A stretch of 45,725 nucleotides of DNA from Octopus bimaculoides (Eukaryota). A program made the translations under genes and the position numbers. The notes beneath the pieces are model-generated. The model was not told where the DNA came from and made no database searches. It worked only from the letters and a program-made list of their open reading frames with translations. Location of the stretch: contig NC_068990.1 in NCBI RefSeq assembly GCF_001194135.2, forward strand, positions 1,958,864 through 2,004,588, written 5' to 3'. This document shows, one piece after another, positions 22,948 to 35,329 of the stretch (its first letter is position 1; each line of letters begins with the position of its first letter).

Positions 22948-24965
22948 CTTCACAAACATTAGTATATTAGTGCTTGTACATATGAATGTATATATATACA
23001 AATGCACACACACACGCATATATATACGTGTGTGTGTATGTGTGTTTGCATATGTGCGTATACATGTCTGTTTTGTTTATGTATATATGTAGATATATAT
23101 GTATGCACACCTATACACATAAATGTACACACACGCACTCACATGTGTATGTCTATATATATATGTATGTATATATATATATATATGTATGTATGTATAT
23201 GTATATATATGTGTATATATATATANNNNNNNNNNNNNNNNNNNNNNNNNNNNNNNNNNNNNNNNNNNNNNNNNNNNNNNNNNNNNNNNNNNNNNNNNNN
23301 NNNNNNNNNNNNNNNNNNNNNNNNNNNNNNNNNNNNNNNNNNNNNNNNNNNNNNNNNNNNNNNNNNNNNNNNNNNNNNNNNNNNNNNNNNNNNNNNNNNN
23401 NNNNNNNNNNNNNNNNNNNNNNNNNNNNNNNNNNNNNNNNNNNNNNNNNNNNNNNNNNNNNNNNNNNNNNNNNNNNNNNNNNNNNNNNNNNNNNNNNNNN
23501 NNNNNNNNNNNNNNNNNNNNNNNNNNNNNNNNNNNNNNNNNNNNNNNNNNNNNNNNNNNNNNNNNNNNNNNNNNNNNNNNNNNNNNNNNNNNNNNNNNNN
23601 NNNNNNNNNNNNNNNNNNNNNNNNNNNNNNNNNNNNNNNNNNNNNNNNNNNNNNNNNNNNNNNNNNNNNNNNNNNNNNNNNNNNNNNNNNNNNNNNNNNN
23701 NNNNNNNNNNNNNNTACGTGTCTGTGTGCATGTGTGACTGCGTAGTAAACCAATCGTAATCTATATTTGCTCTATTTTAAGGCTATCAATGAAATGGAAA
23801 CTTTTGTTTTTGTTCACTTTCTGTTATTTGTTAGCATTTTGTTGCATCATTCAGGCAACCAGCGAATACTTTACTCAGTCGAAAATATCTCCTTTAATTT
23901 TCTTTTATTTTTCCTTTTTTTTTTGTAAAATGTTTTCATTGCACAAGTAATTTTATTTTCATTTTATTCTTAATTCTTACGTGTATTTTTTTGTGTGTTT
24001 TTCGTAAATATTCTCTGGCTGTCAATTTTACAAAATATTCTGGCAAAACTTCAATTTCTTTCAGTAAGAAGAAGAATCGCAGCAGTCAGTATTGGTCAGC
24101 TGTTGTTGTTGTTGTTTCATCGAAGGTCAACATTGATCGAAAAGACCCGCTATGACAGGCATTCGAACCATTAAAATTTCATTACTTTAGGAACATTTAA
24201 CACTACTACACAATCCCATGTGATCCAACCCACGTTTTTAAACCGCTGGGATTCAACTGTTTTATTTATTTATTTATTCCTTGTTTCAGTCAAAATATCA
24301 GCCTGATACCCTTGAAGATTTAGTCATTCCTCAGTGTTTTTAGATTTTAATCATGAGCAGAGGGATTTCCCTTCTAATTTGTTTGGACATTCTCAGCTAA
24401 TATACATCGTTCAGTTTACTATATTGTGCACGTGACTTTCTGCCATATACGTATCTTGTGTGTAGAACACCTCCCGAATTATTTCCCTTTATCGCTATAG
24501 CTGAAGTACCACTCTAAAACTTCAGCAGTTGATATGCTGTCGTCATAATCTATTTCTCTCAGTTCTTCATAGTCAGCACAGTGACTCTTGGTGGCCAAAG
24601 CCCAGGTAGTTGAGAATAAGTTCTTTGCTGATCTTAAACTCTAGTTGTTTGTATTTGAGTTAACCGTAGCTATGGATTGTACCCTGTTATTCGTCTATAA
24701 TTTGTTTCAATCTCTAGAGTGTGGCCTTGCTGCACTACAGCCTTTAAGTGTTGAGCTCGATTATACCAGACTAAATTTGACTGTCACTTATTTCATTATT
24801 CTCGTGAGTTAAGAAATGCAAAATGCACATTGATTTCAAGTGAGAAAATTCATTCAGACATCGATATCATTGAATATTTCTGTTCGAATATATCAGTTCA
24901 CACCTCACACTGATATGCACATTCAATACACATATCTAAATACACACGCACACACATACTCATAT

Positions 24966-25132
24966 GAAGGTTATTTCATATTCATTTGTTGATTTTTGTG
25001 TTTTTGTTTTATTTATCTTGAACTTTTTTTGGAAAAATGCTATCACGTTAAAATTATAATTGATAGTTTACAAGCTACAAGGGGTTGATAAATTCATAAA
25101 TATTCACGTAAGCATAAGTTAGATGTATAAAT
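24966..25132 (+). repeat. About 170-bp direct repeat, copy 2
   Basis: See copy 1. Confidence 0.93.
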
Positions 25133-25489
25133 GTCGTTGCTTGGTTTAAAGACGGGGGCATGATAATGATTAAACGATATTTCCTTTTCTTTAGTCGCTT
25201 ATGATTGAAACTATGATAAAAAAAGAGAATTTTTTACACAGGCATACAATATAAATTTAATCACCAAACATTTTAACTAGCATAACGTAGTTGATGATGG
25301 AAGTAATAATGAGACCACAAAAAGGATTACTTAATTTATGAGCATTTTAGAATCATAAAGCTTAAACTTTAATATTTGATGCTATACACTATCGAAATAA
25401 AACAAACTATGAATAAATATCTGGTTATATTATCCTAGAATCTATTTTAGTCTTCAGAGGTTCAATTATTAATTGTCTAAACGGAGGGA

Positions 25490-26400
25490 TTGAGAAACAA
25501 TTCAAGCAATTGCTACTGAAATTGGTTAAGCAATAACTGCTTTTTGTCATGCTGTTGAAATCTTTATGAAACGATGGCTATTCTGATTATCCTGTCTGAG
25601 AGAAACCGTAACACTTACGTAGAGGATAGGCAAATGAATGTTTCATCATTTGTCGATGACAAACAGTGAAATAACTAAAGTGAACATCTGAATGATGTTC
25701 AACAGAAGTAACGCAAGTAGATCACTGTCACTGCCATAAAAAAATATCAACTAAAGCTTAGTTCAGGTCTAATGGAATATAATATAATTTCTCTGAAATT
25801 ATATTCAAGAAATATAATTTCTCTGAAAGACCTACAGGCAGGCTTTCACTTTGCTTAGAGTACAAGAACTTGGTGTTGTGAGATTGATAAAAACATCGAG
25901 TGGTAACTTGATCGGAAATTTCATTTGTTTGGTTCGATATTTTTCAAGAATTTCATTTCGACTGTGTGGATCTGAAAGTTAAGCATGGTAATATAATGGT
26001 TTGGGGACTGCATGTCTACAAAAAGAGTCGGTTCTATAATAAGACAGCAGAAAAGCATCATGACAAGTGAATCATATCGAAAGTTATGTGGAACCTACAA
26101 AACTGTGGTTCTACTATATAAAATGTACTTTATGCGGGTAGTGGATTTCTCAACATGATAACGACTTGAAGCATACCGCATATCAAGGAGCCTTATAAGC
26201 ATAAGAAATCTTAGTGCTGTTTGGGCTAGCATAATTCCCGGATTAAAAATGATAGATTTATGCAAACGGATGAACATGAACATTCAATAAAGAAGATAAA
26301 GTACACTGCACAAATTGCATGATTATATCGCAAAAAAAAAAAACAAAAGAAATTTGAGATGATGTGATAAGGAGATTTATTGAGTCAATGCCTTAAATTT
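25490..26400 (+). mobile_element. Heavily decayed Tc1-family transposase relic
   Basis: Manual translation: RKFHLFGS (Tc1 DESKFNLFGSD), KHGNIMVWG at 25981 (KHGGGSVMVWG), QHDNDLKHTA at 26151 (FQQDNDPKHT), WASIIPGLKMIDL at 26222 (WPSQSPDLNPIENL) and RFIESMP at 26373 (LIESMP). Confidence 0.8.
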
Positions 26401-27088
26401 GTGAGTGTTTCAAGAAATTTCGTGTCTAGAACGAATATTGTTATTCTTCACTATTATTGATGCATACATATCAAAATTATAAAGTTTTTGTTTTCAAATT
26501 AACTGACGGTGCATTTTCGAAGCATTATTTATAGTCTCAGTAATTGTTTTGAAGTAATTAAAATATTCATGGTTAAATTATATAATTTAATAAAGCTAAA
26601 TATACGTGTGTATGTGTCTGTATGTGTGCTTACACACACACACACACACACACACACACGTACATACATGCACACATTTGCAGACATACAAACATGTTTA
26701 TTTGTTCATAACTAGACGTGGAACACGAATTTTTCACCTCACAAAATAAAACAGATGATCCAATGAAAATGATGTTTATACACATTTTAGTTTTAGTTCC
26801 TCTCGCTCCTCGTCTACCCACTGATGTTATCTTCTGCTGTGTATTCAAGTGCTTTTGTACTCTTCATTTATTATAGCTTTTTCTGCAGTAAATGCACAGT
26901 GAAAATGGAAATGCATTTAACATGTGAATTCCCGGAGTTCAACGCGATGTGACATATTCAGCATTAGTATTTATGGTAATTTCTCGCACATTAACATTAC
27001 ATCATAAAGTCGTGAAATCGTGCATGAACACGCACACACACGCTCACACACATACACACACGCACGCACGCACACAAGCACACACACA

Positions 27089-27125
<37 letters not shown>

Positions 27126-27287
27126 ATATNNNNNNNNNNNNNNNNNNNNNNNNNNNNNNNNNNNNNNNNNNNNNNNNNNNNNNNNNNNNNNNNNNNNNNN
27201 NNNNNNNNNNNNNNNNNNNNNNNNNNNNNNNNNNNNNNNNNNNNNNNNNNNNNNNNNNNNNNNNNNATATATATATATATATATATA

Positions 27288-28200
27288 CACGAAGGTAAAT
27301 CAAAAATTAAACACACTCTTGTTTCTGTAATTTATTAACTCAAAAGTATGAGTTGAACAATACTTCATTTTTTCGACACAGACTCCTTGATTTTCTATAC
27401 ACTTCCTCCAGCGGTCCAGGAGATTGCTAAGTCGATCGAAAAAGAAGGTTTTCAGTTACTTGCGCAGCCATTTATGCACTACTTCCTGCACTTCTCCCGT
27501 AACAAATTGATGGCTGCGTAAAGGATATCAAAGAGATGATAGTCGGAATGGACGCGATCTAGAGTGTATGCAGGTTGTTACAGCAATTCGAAACCCAATC
27601 GTTCAATGTTTTCAACGGTGTGGGCCTGCATTGTCGTGCAACAATAACACTTGCTTTGGCAATAGACCTCGGCGTCTGGTGTGAATTTCTGGTTTCAGTT
27701 TGTTGACCAGAATTTCCCTGTAGCCTGCAGTGGTGACTGTTGGTCCCTATTTCAGGTAATGTTCCAGTATAAACCCTTTTGTGTCCCCAAAACTCGATTA
27801 GCATCACTTTTCCGACGGAATGTTCAATATTGAATTTCTTTTTCGCTGGTAATTCCAGGTGTTTCCACTCATTACTCTGCCCTTTGGATTCTGGCTGAAA
27901 GTGAGGGACTCAGGTTTCATCTCCTATGACTATTCACTTTCAAATAGTTTGACCTTCATTGTAGTGACCGAATAAGCATTGACAAATCCTTCCATAATTG
28001 CACTTACGTGCCTCGATGAGTTATCTTGACACCTATCGAAAGTGAAGCTTGTCGTGAATGATTTCGAATACAGAACCACGACTAATTTGCAGAGAACGTG
28101 TCACTTCATCGAGAGTTTTTGCAAAATTTGATGTAGATTCTCTGGTTAACTTTCTCTGTTTTGTTCTATGCGACGATCACACGCCACACACCTTCATTCC
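27288..28200 (-). mobile_element. Decayed, internally deleted mariner (irritans-like) with 3' TIR
   Basis: Reverse-strand translation: QRIYIKFC, LQISRGSVFEIIHDKLHFR, IVIGDET*VPHFQPESKGQSNEWKH, GKVMLIEFW, LLLHDNAGPH and SDYHLF. TIR-like cgaaggtaaatcaaaaatta starts at about 27290 next to a TA tract. Confidence 0.88.
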
Positions 28201-28654
28201 AAACACTGCTGTAAAACAGCAGAAGTAAACCAGAATGTTAAAACTTAGTGAACATGCACAGCAAAGTTCAAGGTCAGTCTGTGTCAAGCAGCTTTACTCT
28301 GCGTGCTTTAGATCCGTGACTATGATAAAAGTCCGGATACTTATTGATCAGACTATGTACTCATCTATCGGCTCAAGTTCAAGTCTTTTGAGCTGTTTGA
28401 AGTGAATTCTATATAGTGGATACCTGTCTCCAAACTATAAACTGTATATATATATTGAAAAAAAATGTCGTCAGAATTTTCGAATAACTTCTTTCATTTA
28501 TTTTATACATATATTAGCGATTTCGTTCGTCTTTCGAACTTGTCAAATATAATTCTGTGAAAATACAGAGATCTAGCTTATTTATATAAAAACAGGTGTT
28601 TTGTCTTTTTGTTTTTTGGGGGGTGAGGCTTTGGAGACAATGGAAGATGTATAA

Positions 28655-28732
28655 GCAGATAGATAGATAGATAGATAGATAGATAGTCAGATAGAGAGAT
28701 AGATAGATAGACTGATAGTCAGACAGATAGAG
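28655..28732. repeat. (GATA)n/(GACA)n tetranucleotide repeat
   Basis: Read directly. Confidence 0.93.
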
Positions 28733-29331
28733 AGATGGATGTGGTAAAAGAGAGAGAGAAGGGCTATTGTATTGAAATGGTCTTTTTAAGGAGTGTCAAA
28801 AAAAGAAAAAAAAAGAAAAAAGTTAAAAGCTTGTTNNNNNNNNNNNNNNNNNNNNNNNNNNNNNNNNNNNNNNNNNNNNNNNNNNNNNNNNNNNNNNNNN
28901 NNNNNNNNNNNNNNNNNNNNNNNNNNNNNNNNNNNNNNNNNNNNNNNNNNNNNNNNNNNNNNNNNNNNNNNNNNNNNNNNNNNNNNNNNNNNNNNNNNNN
29001 NNNNNNNNNNNNNNNNNNNNNNNNNNNNNNNNNNNNNNNNNNNNNNNNNNNNNNNNNNNNNNNNNNNNNNNNNNNNNNNNNNNNNNNNNNNNNNNNNNNN
29101 NNNNNNNNNNNNNNNNNNNNNNNNNNNNNNNNNNNNNNNNNNNNNNNNNNNNNNNNNNNNNNNNNNNNNNNNNNNNNNNNNNNNNNNNNNNNNNNNNNNN
29201 NNNNNNNNNNNNNNNNNNNNNNNNNNNNNNNNNNNNNNNNNNNNNNNNNNNNNNNNNNNNNNNNNNNNNNNNNNNNNNNNNCATTTATAAAAGGGAAAGA
29301 TTTTGAACTTTCCGTCTCCACATATTTCCAG

Positions 29332-29437
29332 ATGTTTACTTAATGGAATATATATAACAAAATTGACGGAGCATTTCGACGCAGGAAAAAATATAGGCAA
29401 ATTTGTTGTTGAAAATGCACCTGAATTTGAAAAACTT
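29332..29437 (+). CDS. Candidate internal exon (106 nt, phase 2 to 0): CLLNGIYITKLTEHFDAGKNIGKFVVENAPEFEKL
   Basis: Pyrimidine-rich acceptor tttccgtctccacatatttccag, an open frame of normal composition, and donor CTT|GTAATT. Product not recognised. Confidence 0.33.
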
Positions 29438-30221
29438 GTAATTGTTTTAAAATAAATTTATTTACATATATACCAAACTAGTTTCAACAATATTTTTTGC
29501 TTATCAATGGTAAAAATTTTAAATTATGAATTAGAAAAACATGCGGAAAAGTTTCAGAATACTATAAAATTTGATAGAATTTATATATGATATTTTGGAC
29601 ATCATTTAAGAGAGGACCTCATAAATCCATCCCCACCATACACACGTGTATGTGTTTATAGGCAGATGGATAGACAGATATAGATACAAACATAATGTAT
29701 GTATGTGTATGTGTGTTATTTCGAAAGTGCACTTTTACATTTAATTCTTTTTAAAAATCTTTTTAATTATTAGTTTTCCTACGCATTACGAACAATAGAG
29801 AGATTTAAGATAAAAACTTATAAAAACATTAAACTGGAACATAGTCGTGTTTTTTATATAACATATCTAAAAGAAATGAAAGCTTTTCCCTACCATGTAT
29901 ATATAAACATATATGTCTGTATGTGTGTGTCCGTGTGTCTGCGTGTGCGCGCGTTTGTGTGCATATTCTGGAAACTGCACTTGTATATAGATGAAAATAT
30001 TGATAGACAGTGAAATTGATGTGTGCACGTTTGTGTATTAATAATACATTTTGACTATAGAATTTCCGAATCATATTGGGGGAATCGGTTTGTATAAAAT
30101 ATAGAATGTTAAGAATTAAACGGATGCATTATTAAAATTTACAAATGATACATTGCTTTTGCTTCAATTTACGATTGATTCAGCATATCGGAAAATTGGG
30201 TTACATTTTCATTACATTCAG

Positions 30222-30245
30222 ATCCCAGGAAAGTTTGGAGCCAAG
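30222..30245 (+). CDS. Candidate 24-nt microexon ATCCCAGGAAAGTTTGGAGCCAAG
   Basis: Acceptor ttacattttcattacattcag and strong donor AAG|GTAACT. Length is divisible by 3, there is no stop in any frame (IPGKFGAK, SQESLEP, PRKVWSQ), and it is a GC-richer island in AT-rich sequence. Confidence 0.45.
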
Positions 30246-30861
30246 GTAACTTAAACAAAGTACACAAACACACACACACATGCACATACACATACACAAA
30301 TATATGCAAGTATATGGACATATTATATATATATATATATATATATAATACATACATATATATACATATATATGTGTGTGTGTATGTGTATGCGTATATA
30401 TATAGAAACATACATACATTAAATACACACACATACACACACATAAAAATATATATGCATGTGTGTGTCCATATACATACATTCGTACAAGCACACTTAT
30501 TGATACACACCACAATACACACGTCCCTGTACTCTCCTGTTCCTTTCCGATTTCTTCGTTGTTATTCGGTTTACCTTTGTCTGTGTATTCGGTATGGGTT
30601 TCGCCATTCTTTACATAGATTGATATATTCTCGCTTTCGTTTTGCCTATTCATTCGTTTGTTTCATTTCTCTTTTGTGTGTGCGTGTGCGTGTGCGTGTG
30701 TTGAAAACTTCTTTCTTTCTTTTTTTTTTATTAATTGTATGTATTCTTGTTTGTTTTGTTTCGTTTCGTTTTCTGTTTGTAAACTTTTACAAACCACTTT
30801 TCTTAATCAATATTTGTTCACAATGTTTATGGTGGATGCTGAATTCTTTAGTGCTCCACAG

Positions 30862-30939
30862 CCCGATATTGATTTCGAAAGAGTATTTCATGGAGGTTTT
30901 CCAATATCTTCTCCTATCAGACCATTAAACTATAACTAA
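30862..30939 (+). CDS. Candidate terminal coding exon PDIDFERVFHGGFPISSPIRPLNYN* (or a 21-nt microexon 30862-30882)
   Basis: Acceptor ttctttagtgctccacag after a long U-rich tract. The phase-0 frame is open to TAA at 30937-30939. AATAAA at 31194-31199 is followed by a U/GU-rich tract. Confidence 0.33.
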   Translation, partial: PDIDFERVFHGGFPISSPIRPLNYN

Positions 30940-31193
30940 TTGGATTTGTTTTATGAAATACAAGTGTGTTTGGTGTCGAGCATATAGGTTCTTCTTTTTA
31001 TTTTTGGAAATATATATTTTTATTGTGTGTTTGCTTTGTGTTTTGTTAATTCCCTCTTTTTCCTTTTTCCTGTGTTTCTTTTCTTGTTTATTTATATCCT
31101 TATTGCTTTCGTTTCATTTTATTCATTCATTTATTTATTTGTTTATTTATTTTTTTCTCTTTTGAAAAGAGAAATAACTAAAGAAAAGTTTTG

Positions 31194-31199
31194 AATAAA
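31194..31199 (+). terminator. Possible polyadenylation signal AATAAA
   Basis: AATAAA followed by U/GU-rich ttgttttatttcgttt...ttgttttgttgg. The hexamer is common in AT-rich DNA, so support is weak. Confidence 0.25.
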
Positions 31200-32653
31200 C
31201 TATGTTCTATTTAGTTTGTTTTATTTCGTTTAATTTTAATTTTTTTTGTTTTGTTGGTTTGTATTTTTACTTAGAAAATTGCTTTGCATAAAGGAAATTT
31301 CAGCTTGTGTTGAAGTAAACCAATAACAAAGAATGGGGAATTTGAGATTTCAGATACAATATGAATGAACAGGCTTTCTCCCTTTTTCCTCTTCGTCAAT
31401 TGACTACTATGATTTAACTTATACAAGCATAAAAAAAGACTGCTTCCCACTCAGACAATATTTTAAATCATATATATTTTTTTCCATAATACTATCATGT
31501 CAAACATCGCATAAAGGAATATAAATGCACTGATTTGATTGGCTTGTGCTGGAAATAGATTTAAAGTTACACAGTAATGAAGGGCAAGCAAACAAAGATT
31601 TCAACTACGTGAATCATGGCGGCGGTGGAGATGGGTTAGGGATAATTTTATGTGAAACACAACACTGCTAATATTTACATTTTCACTATTTATGAAGGTA
31701 AAATAAATAATTCAAATAGTTATATTTAAGTTACTAATTATATCTGAATCGAATTCAAGAAATGAGGTTTTGCTAAAATTATTTATTATTTTTAGGCTAT
31801 CTAACGATGCCATTTAATTCTTTTGGTAATACTTCAATTTCAATCAATTCCTATGCTTTTACAGATAAACATTACTTTGGGATATACTAATAGATAATGT
31901 ACCGGTATTCTGCATAATTTTCAGTGTCTTGAATTTCTACTTGAGTTGGATATTCTACATTTCACAAATATGAAGCAACTGACACATCGTCTATCGAAGC
32001 CAGAGGAAAATATGAGGATGTTTCTATTTAACTATTTGGATTTGCAATTGAATTAATACGATTTTAATGTTTCAATTTAACAAAAACAAAGGTCATCAAT
32101 ATACGAGCGAAATTATCTCACAATTAAGACTACAGAATATTATAACTAAAGATACTTGTCATGTTCAAACAAAATAACAAAAAACCTGTGCCTACGTGCG
32201 GCATTGAGCAACTTGTTGGATGCTCGAACTGTTATAAATAACAGCTAAATTTTCTGAAAGTTATCCATGCCACATTTACAAACAATAAGGAGACATTAGA
32301 CAATATAATTCTGGATTGCCTGTGTTCAAATAAAAGATATCATGGTCAATGTTGAAATGTATTTCATTGTAAATTTGCTTGTAAAACCTGAAGCTAAATA
32401 TCAACAGAACCACTACCACCACCGCCACCACCGCCACCGCAGCAGCAACAACAACAACAACAACAACAACTGCAGCAGCGATAGCAACAACAAAATGCGC
32501 ACCATAAATCTGAACTAAAATCAAACAGGTTGATTGTTCAATCATTTTTTCATTCAGAAAGAAACAAGAGTGGAACTGTATTTTTATAATTAGTTGTATA
32601 TATTGATGAACCATTGCTCAGACATGTTATGCTCAGTTATATACATACATACA

Positions 32654-32685
<32 letters not shown>

Positions 32686-33469
32686 CATAATTCGTACATA
32701 TATGTGTGTGTATATGCACGTGCGTTTGTATCCTTCTAGCATTATCTTGTAATGAAAATAAAACAAGATGCTTTCTATTAAAGAAAAAGAAAATCTTATA
32801 ATTATAGAAGATGTAGTTTTTCTTTTTTGAGTGGGGACGGTTCCATCTTGATTATATTTCGGTGTTAATGTTTGTTTCTTTAAAATAACTTCTGTTCTAT
32901 AGCTTAAATCAAGAATTAAAAAAATATATTTTTCTATATATCTCTAATTATTTTTATTCTCGATATTTATTTGCGTTATTCACAGATTTTATTATTTCCC
33001 TCATGGCATCATTGAAACGTGGACAATATTTCATTTAGAAGTGTAATTTTGCTAACTCTGGTCTTTTTTTCTTTCTTTCTATGACTTGCATTATTTCTTT
33101 AAAAAATATATTTATATATTATTTTCCTAAGCATCTATGATTTAGTGGCAATGCTTTATCTTTTAATCTAAATGGAAGATTTAATGATAAACTTATTACT
33201 AAACAAAGTCTCAGATAATGAAATGAAAAACAAAATTGTATGAAGCTAAGTTGATAATGTGTTAGTTGATAATGGTTCATATTTTCATTTCTACCACTTC
33301 AATGTTTTTTATCATAGTATTTAACTCACGCTAACTTATTTTAACATGGTTATATCCAGGGCTGATGCAAGGACATTCTGTGACCTAGCCCAGTCGTACA
33401 ATGTGAATCCCCCATCTCCCTTTCAAGACCATTTTGCTGAATACAGCTACGAATAGTAGATTATAATAT

Positions 33470-33730
33470 GGCAGTCTGTCGGTTACGGCGATGAGAGTTC
33501 CAGTTGAGCCGATCATCGGAACAGCCTGCCTCTGAAATCAACGTACAAGTAGCTGATCATCCACAGACACACGTACCGTTAACGTGGTTCTCGGAGATTC
33601 AGCGTGACTCAGAATGTTACAACGTTGGCCCTTTGATATACAGGAATAACTCACATTTGCCAGCTGAGTGGAATGGAACAACGTGATGTAAAGTGTCTTG
33701 TTCAAGGACACAATGCACCGCCAGGAATGT
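33470..33730 (-). mobile_element. SINE family C copy lacking most of its head
   Basis: Reverse complement reads gcattgtgtccttgaacaagacactttacatcacgttgttccattccactcagctgg. Shares cagcgtgac and cctttga segments with 38770-38985. Confidence 0.8.
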
Positions 33731-34039
33731 ATATCTGCATGTGCAGAATTGAGGAGGAGGCAGAGGGCGTAAATGTTAGTTAAAAGAAAAGGCTAATGGA
33801 ATATGAAGGGTGTGGTAGAAGTGTGTGAGGAGTTTGAGATGCTGTTAGTTATGAAATACGAGAAGGAAAGAGAAAATGGTAAAAGAAAAATTACATTGCA
33901 ATATAATGAAAAAAATGCATGCACATACACACATCTATTTATATATAAAAACATATATCTTTAAGCAGGTAACAACAACACTAAACGTTCTCGAGACACT
34001 CAAGAAGCAACGTTAATCAATGATGATGTTACTATGCCG

Positions 34040-34220
34040 TCGCTCACTCTACTAGAAATAACCTTCTAATAACCTGCTTCTGTCATAAAAAAGGGAATAA
34101 CGCACAAAATATGATCTAAGTATATTGTATCTCTAAGGAAAATATGAAGTAGTCACCGCTGGAACATCTTTAATTATACGTCTGCTCAGTCAAGGAAGAC
34201 TAGGAGACAAGCAACAACAG
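34040..34220 (+). mobile_element. Retroposon family B copy
   Basis: tactagaaataacc...gtcaccgctggaacatctttaattatacgtctgctcagtcaagg...gcaacaacagg. Confidence 0.55.
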
Positions 34221-35329
34221 GAAATTACAACTGTACATTGTTTTGCATCGAATTATTAAATTATTTCGACTGTTTTACTGTTGAAGTAAAACAGAAATAA
34301 TTTTAAATGGCTATCATTACAAAAACACGAAAACACATTTATAAGAACAGCTTGCTATGTTACTGCTGCTATTAATTTTTTTTTTAAAGCTGTTAAGAAA
34401 TGCAAATTATCCAAAATGAAACAGGAATTATAAAAAACAACCTGGCTGTCAGGTATCTAACATAATGACAGATTAGAGAGTTTATTTTTTGCACAGCAGT
34501 GAAAACTTTTCATTTTCTTTTGTTTAATTAGAATCTATATCTTTACTTGTTCTATACATTCAATAGTTTTATTGTCTTTTTGCTCCTACAGCTGTGTTAT
34601 CTCAAGTTTAAATATAGAAAATGAAAATAAAAAAATATCAAGACTTATATGTTTGGTTTCATCGAAACTGCTGTCACGTCTTATTAGAGTCTGAATATTC
34701 TGTAGGCTCCATGTGATTTAATATATATTACATGATTAAATTACATTGTATGTTAAAAGCTCGTTGGCTTGTATTATTATCTAAGTGTGATTATTTTAAA
34801 GTTAAATTCCAGTTTTTTACTTCGTGTTTTCTCTTGCAGCAAAGTCGTCTTTTTTTTATTTTAGAAAACATTTGATTAACATTGACTATTTTGTTTGAAG
34901 TCTAAATGATAAATAATACCAGAATAGACTCATTTCTAAATAACCTCTACCTGCGATATTCCTTGTTTACCATTCTTTATCCAAAGGAATAACAGTGAAA
35001 TAAGAAAAAAGTATAAAAAGTAAGAGTGGGTGTGAGATTTAAAAAAAAGAGAGAAAAAACAGATAATTTGGAAATTAATGCTTTAATGTTCGGACAAGTA
35101 TATTTTATGAGGAATTAATTAGAACATTAATATTTATTTGAAGAGCTCAGATACTTTTACTGATGCCAATATTTCAAGTTTATGTGCTAATCAAATGAGA
35201 AACATATCCTGTTGTATATTAAATATACGAGATTTGTGCCTAAAGTAATGCAAACGAGGGCATAATTTTTCTATTAACTGATTCAGATCGTTGAAATTGC
35301 TCATATGGATATAATAACTCTTTATCATT

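Noticed and set aside
22776-25132. LTR retrotransposon interpretation of the 170-bp direct repeats
   Set aside because: No TG...CA termini, primer-binding site, polypurine tract or gag/pol remnants are visible.
29344-29400. GIYITKL resembles a PDZ strand, and HFDAG resembles formyltransferases
   Set aside because: The similarity is limited to a few residues and the flanking conserved motifs are missing.
30201-30653. Minus-strand ORF beginning MNRQNESENISIYVKNGETHTEYTDKG, with a possible AAG|GTAAAC donor
   Set aside because: The hydrophilic composition is what the reverse complement of a pyrimidine-rich + strand tract gives, the ORF runs into microsatellite, and I found no downstream minus-strand exon. 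Not fully excluded without RNA-seq.
32400-32520. Poly-Pro/poly-Gln-like tract
   Set aside because: There is an in-frame TAG in the Gln frame, no convincing splice acceptor, and it is explained as a compound CCA/CAG/CAA microsatellite.
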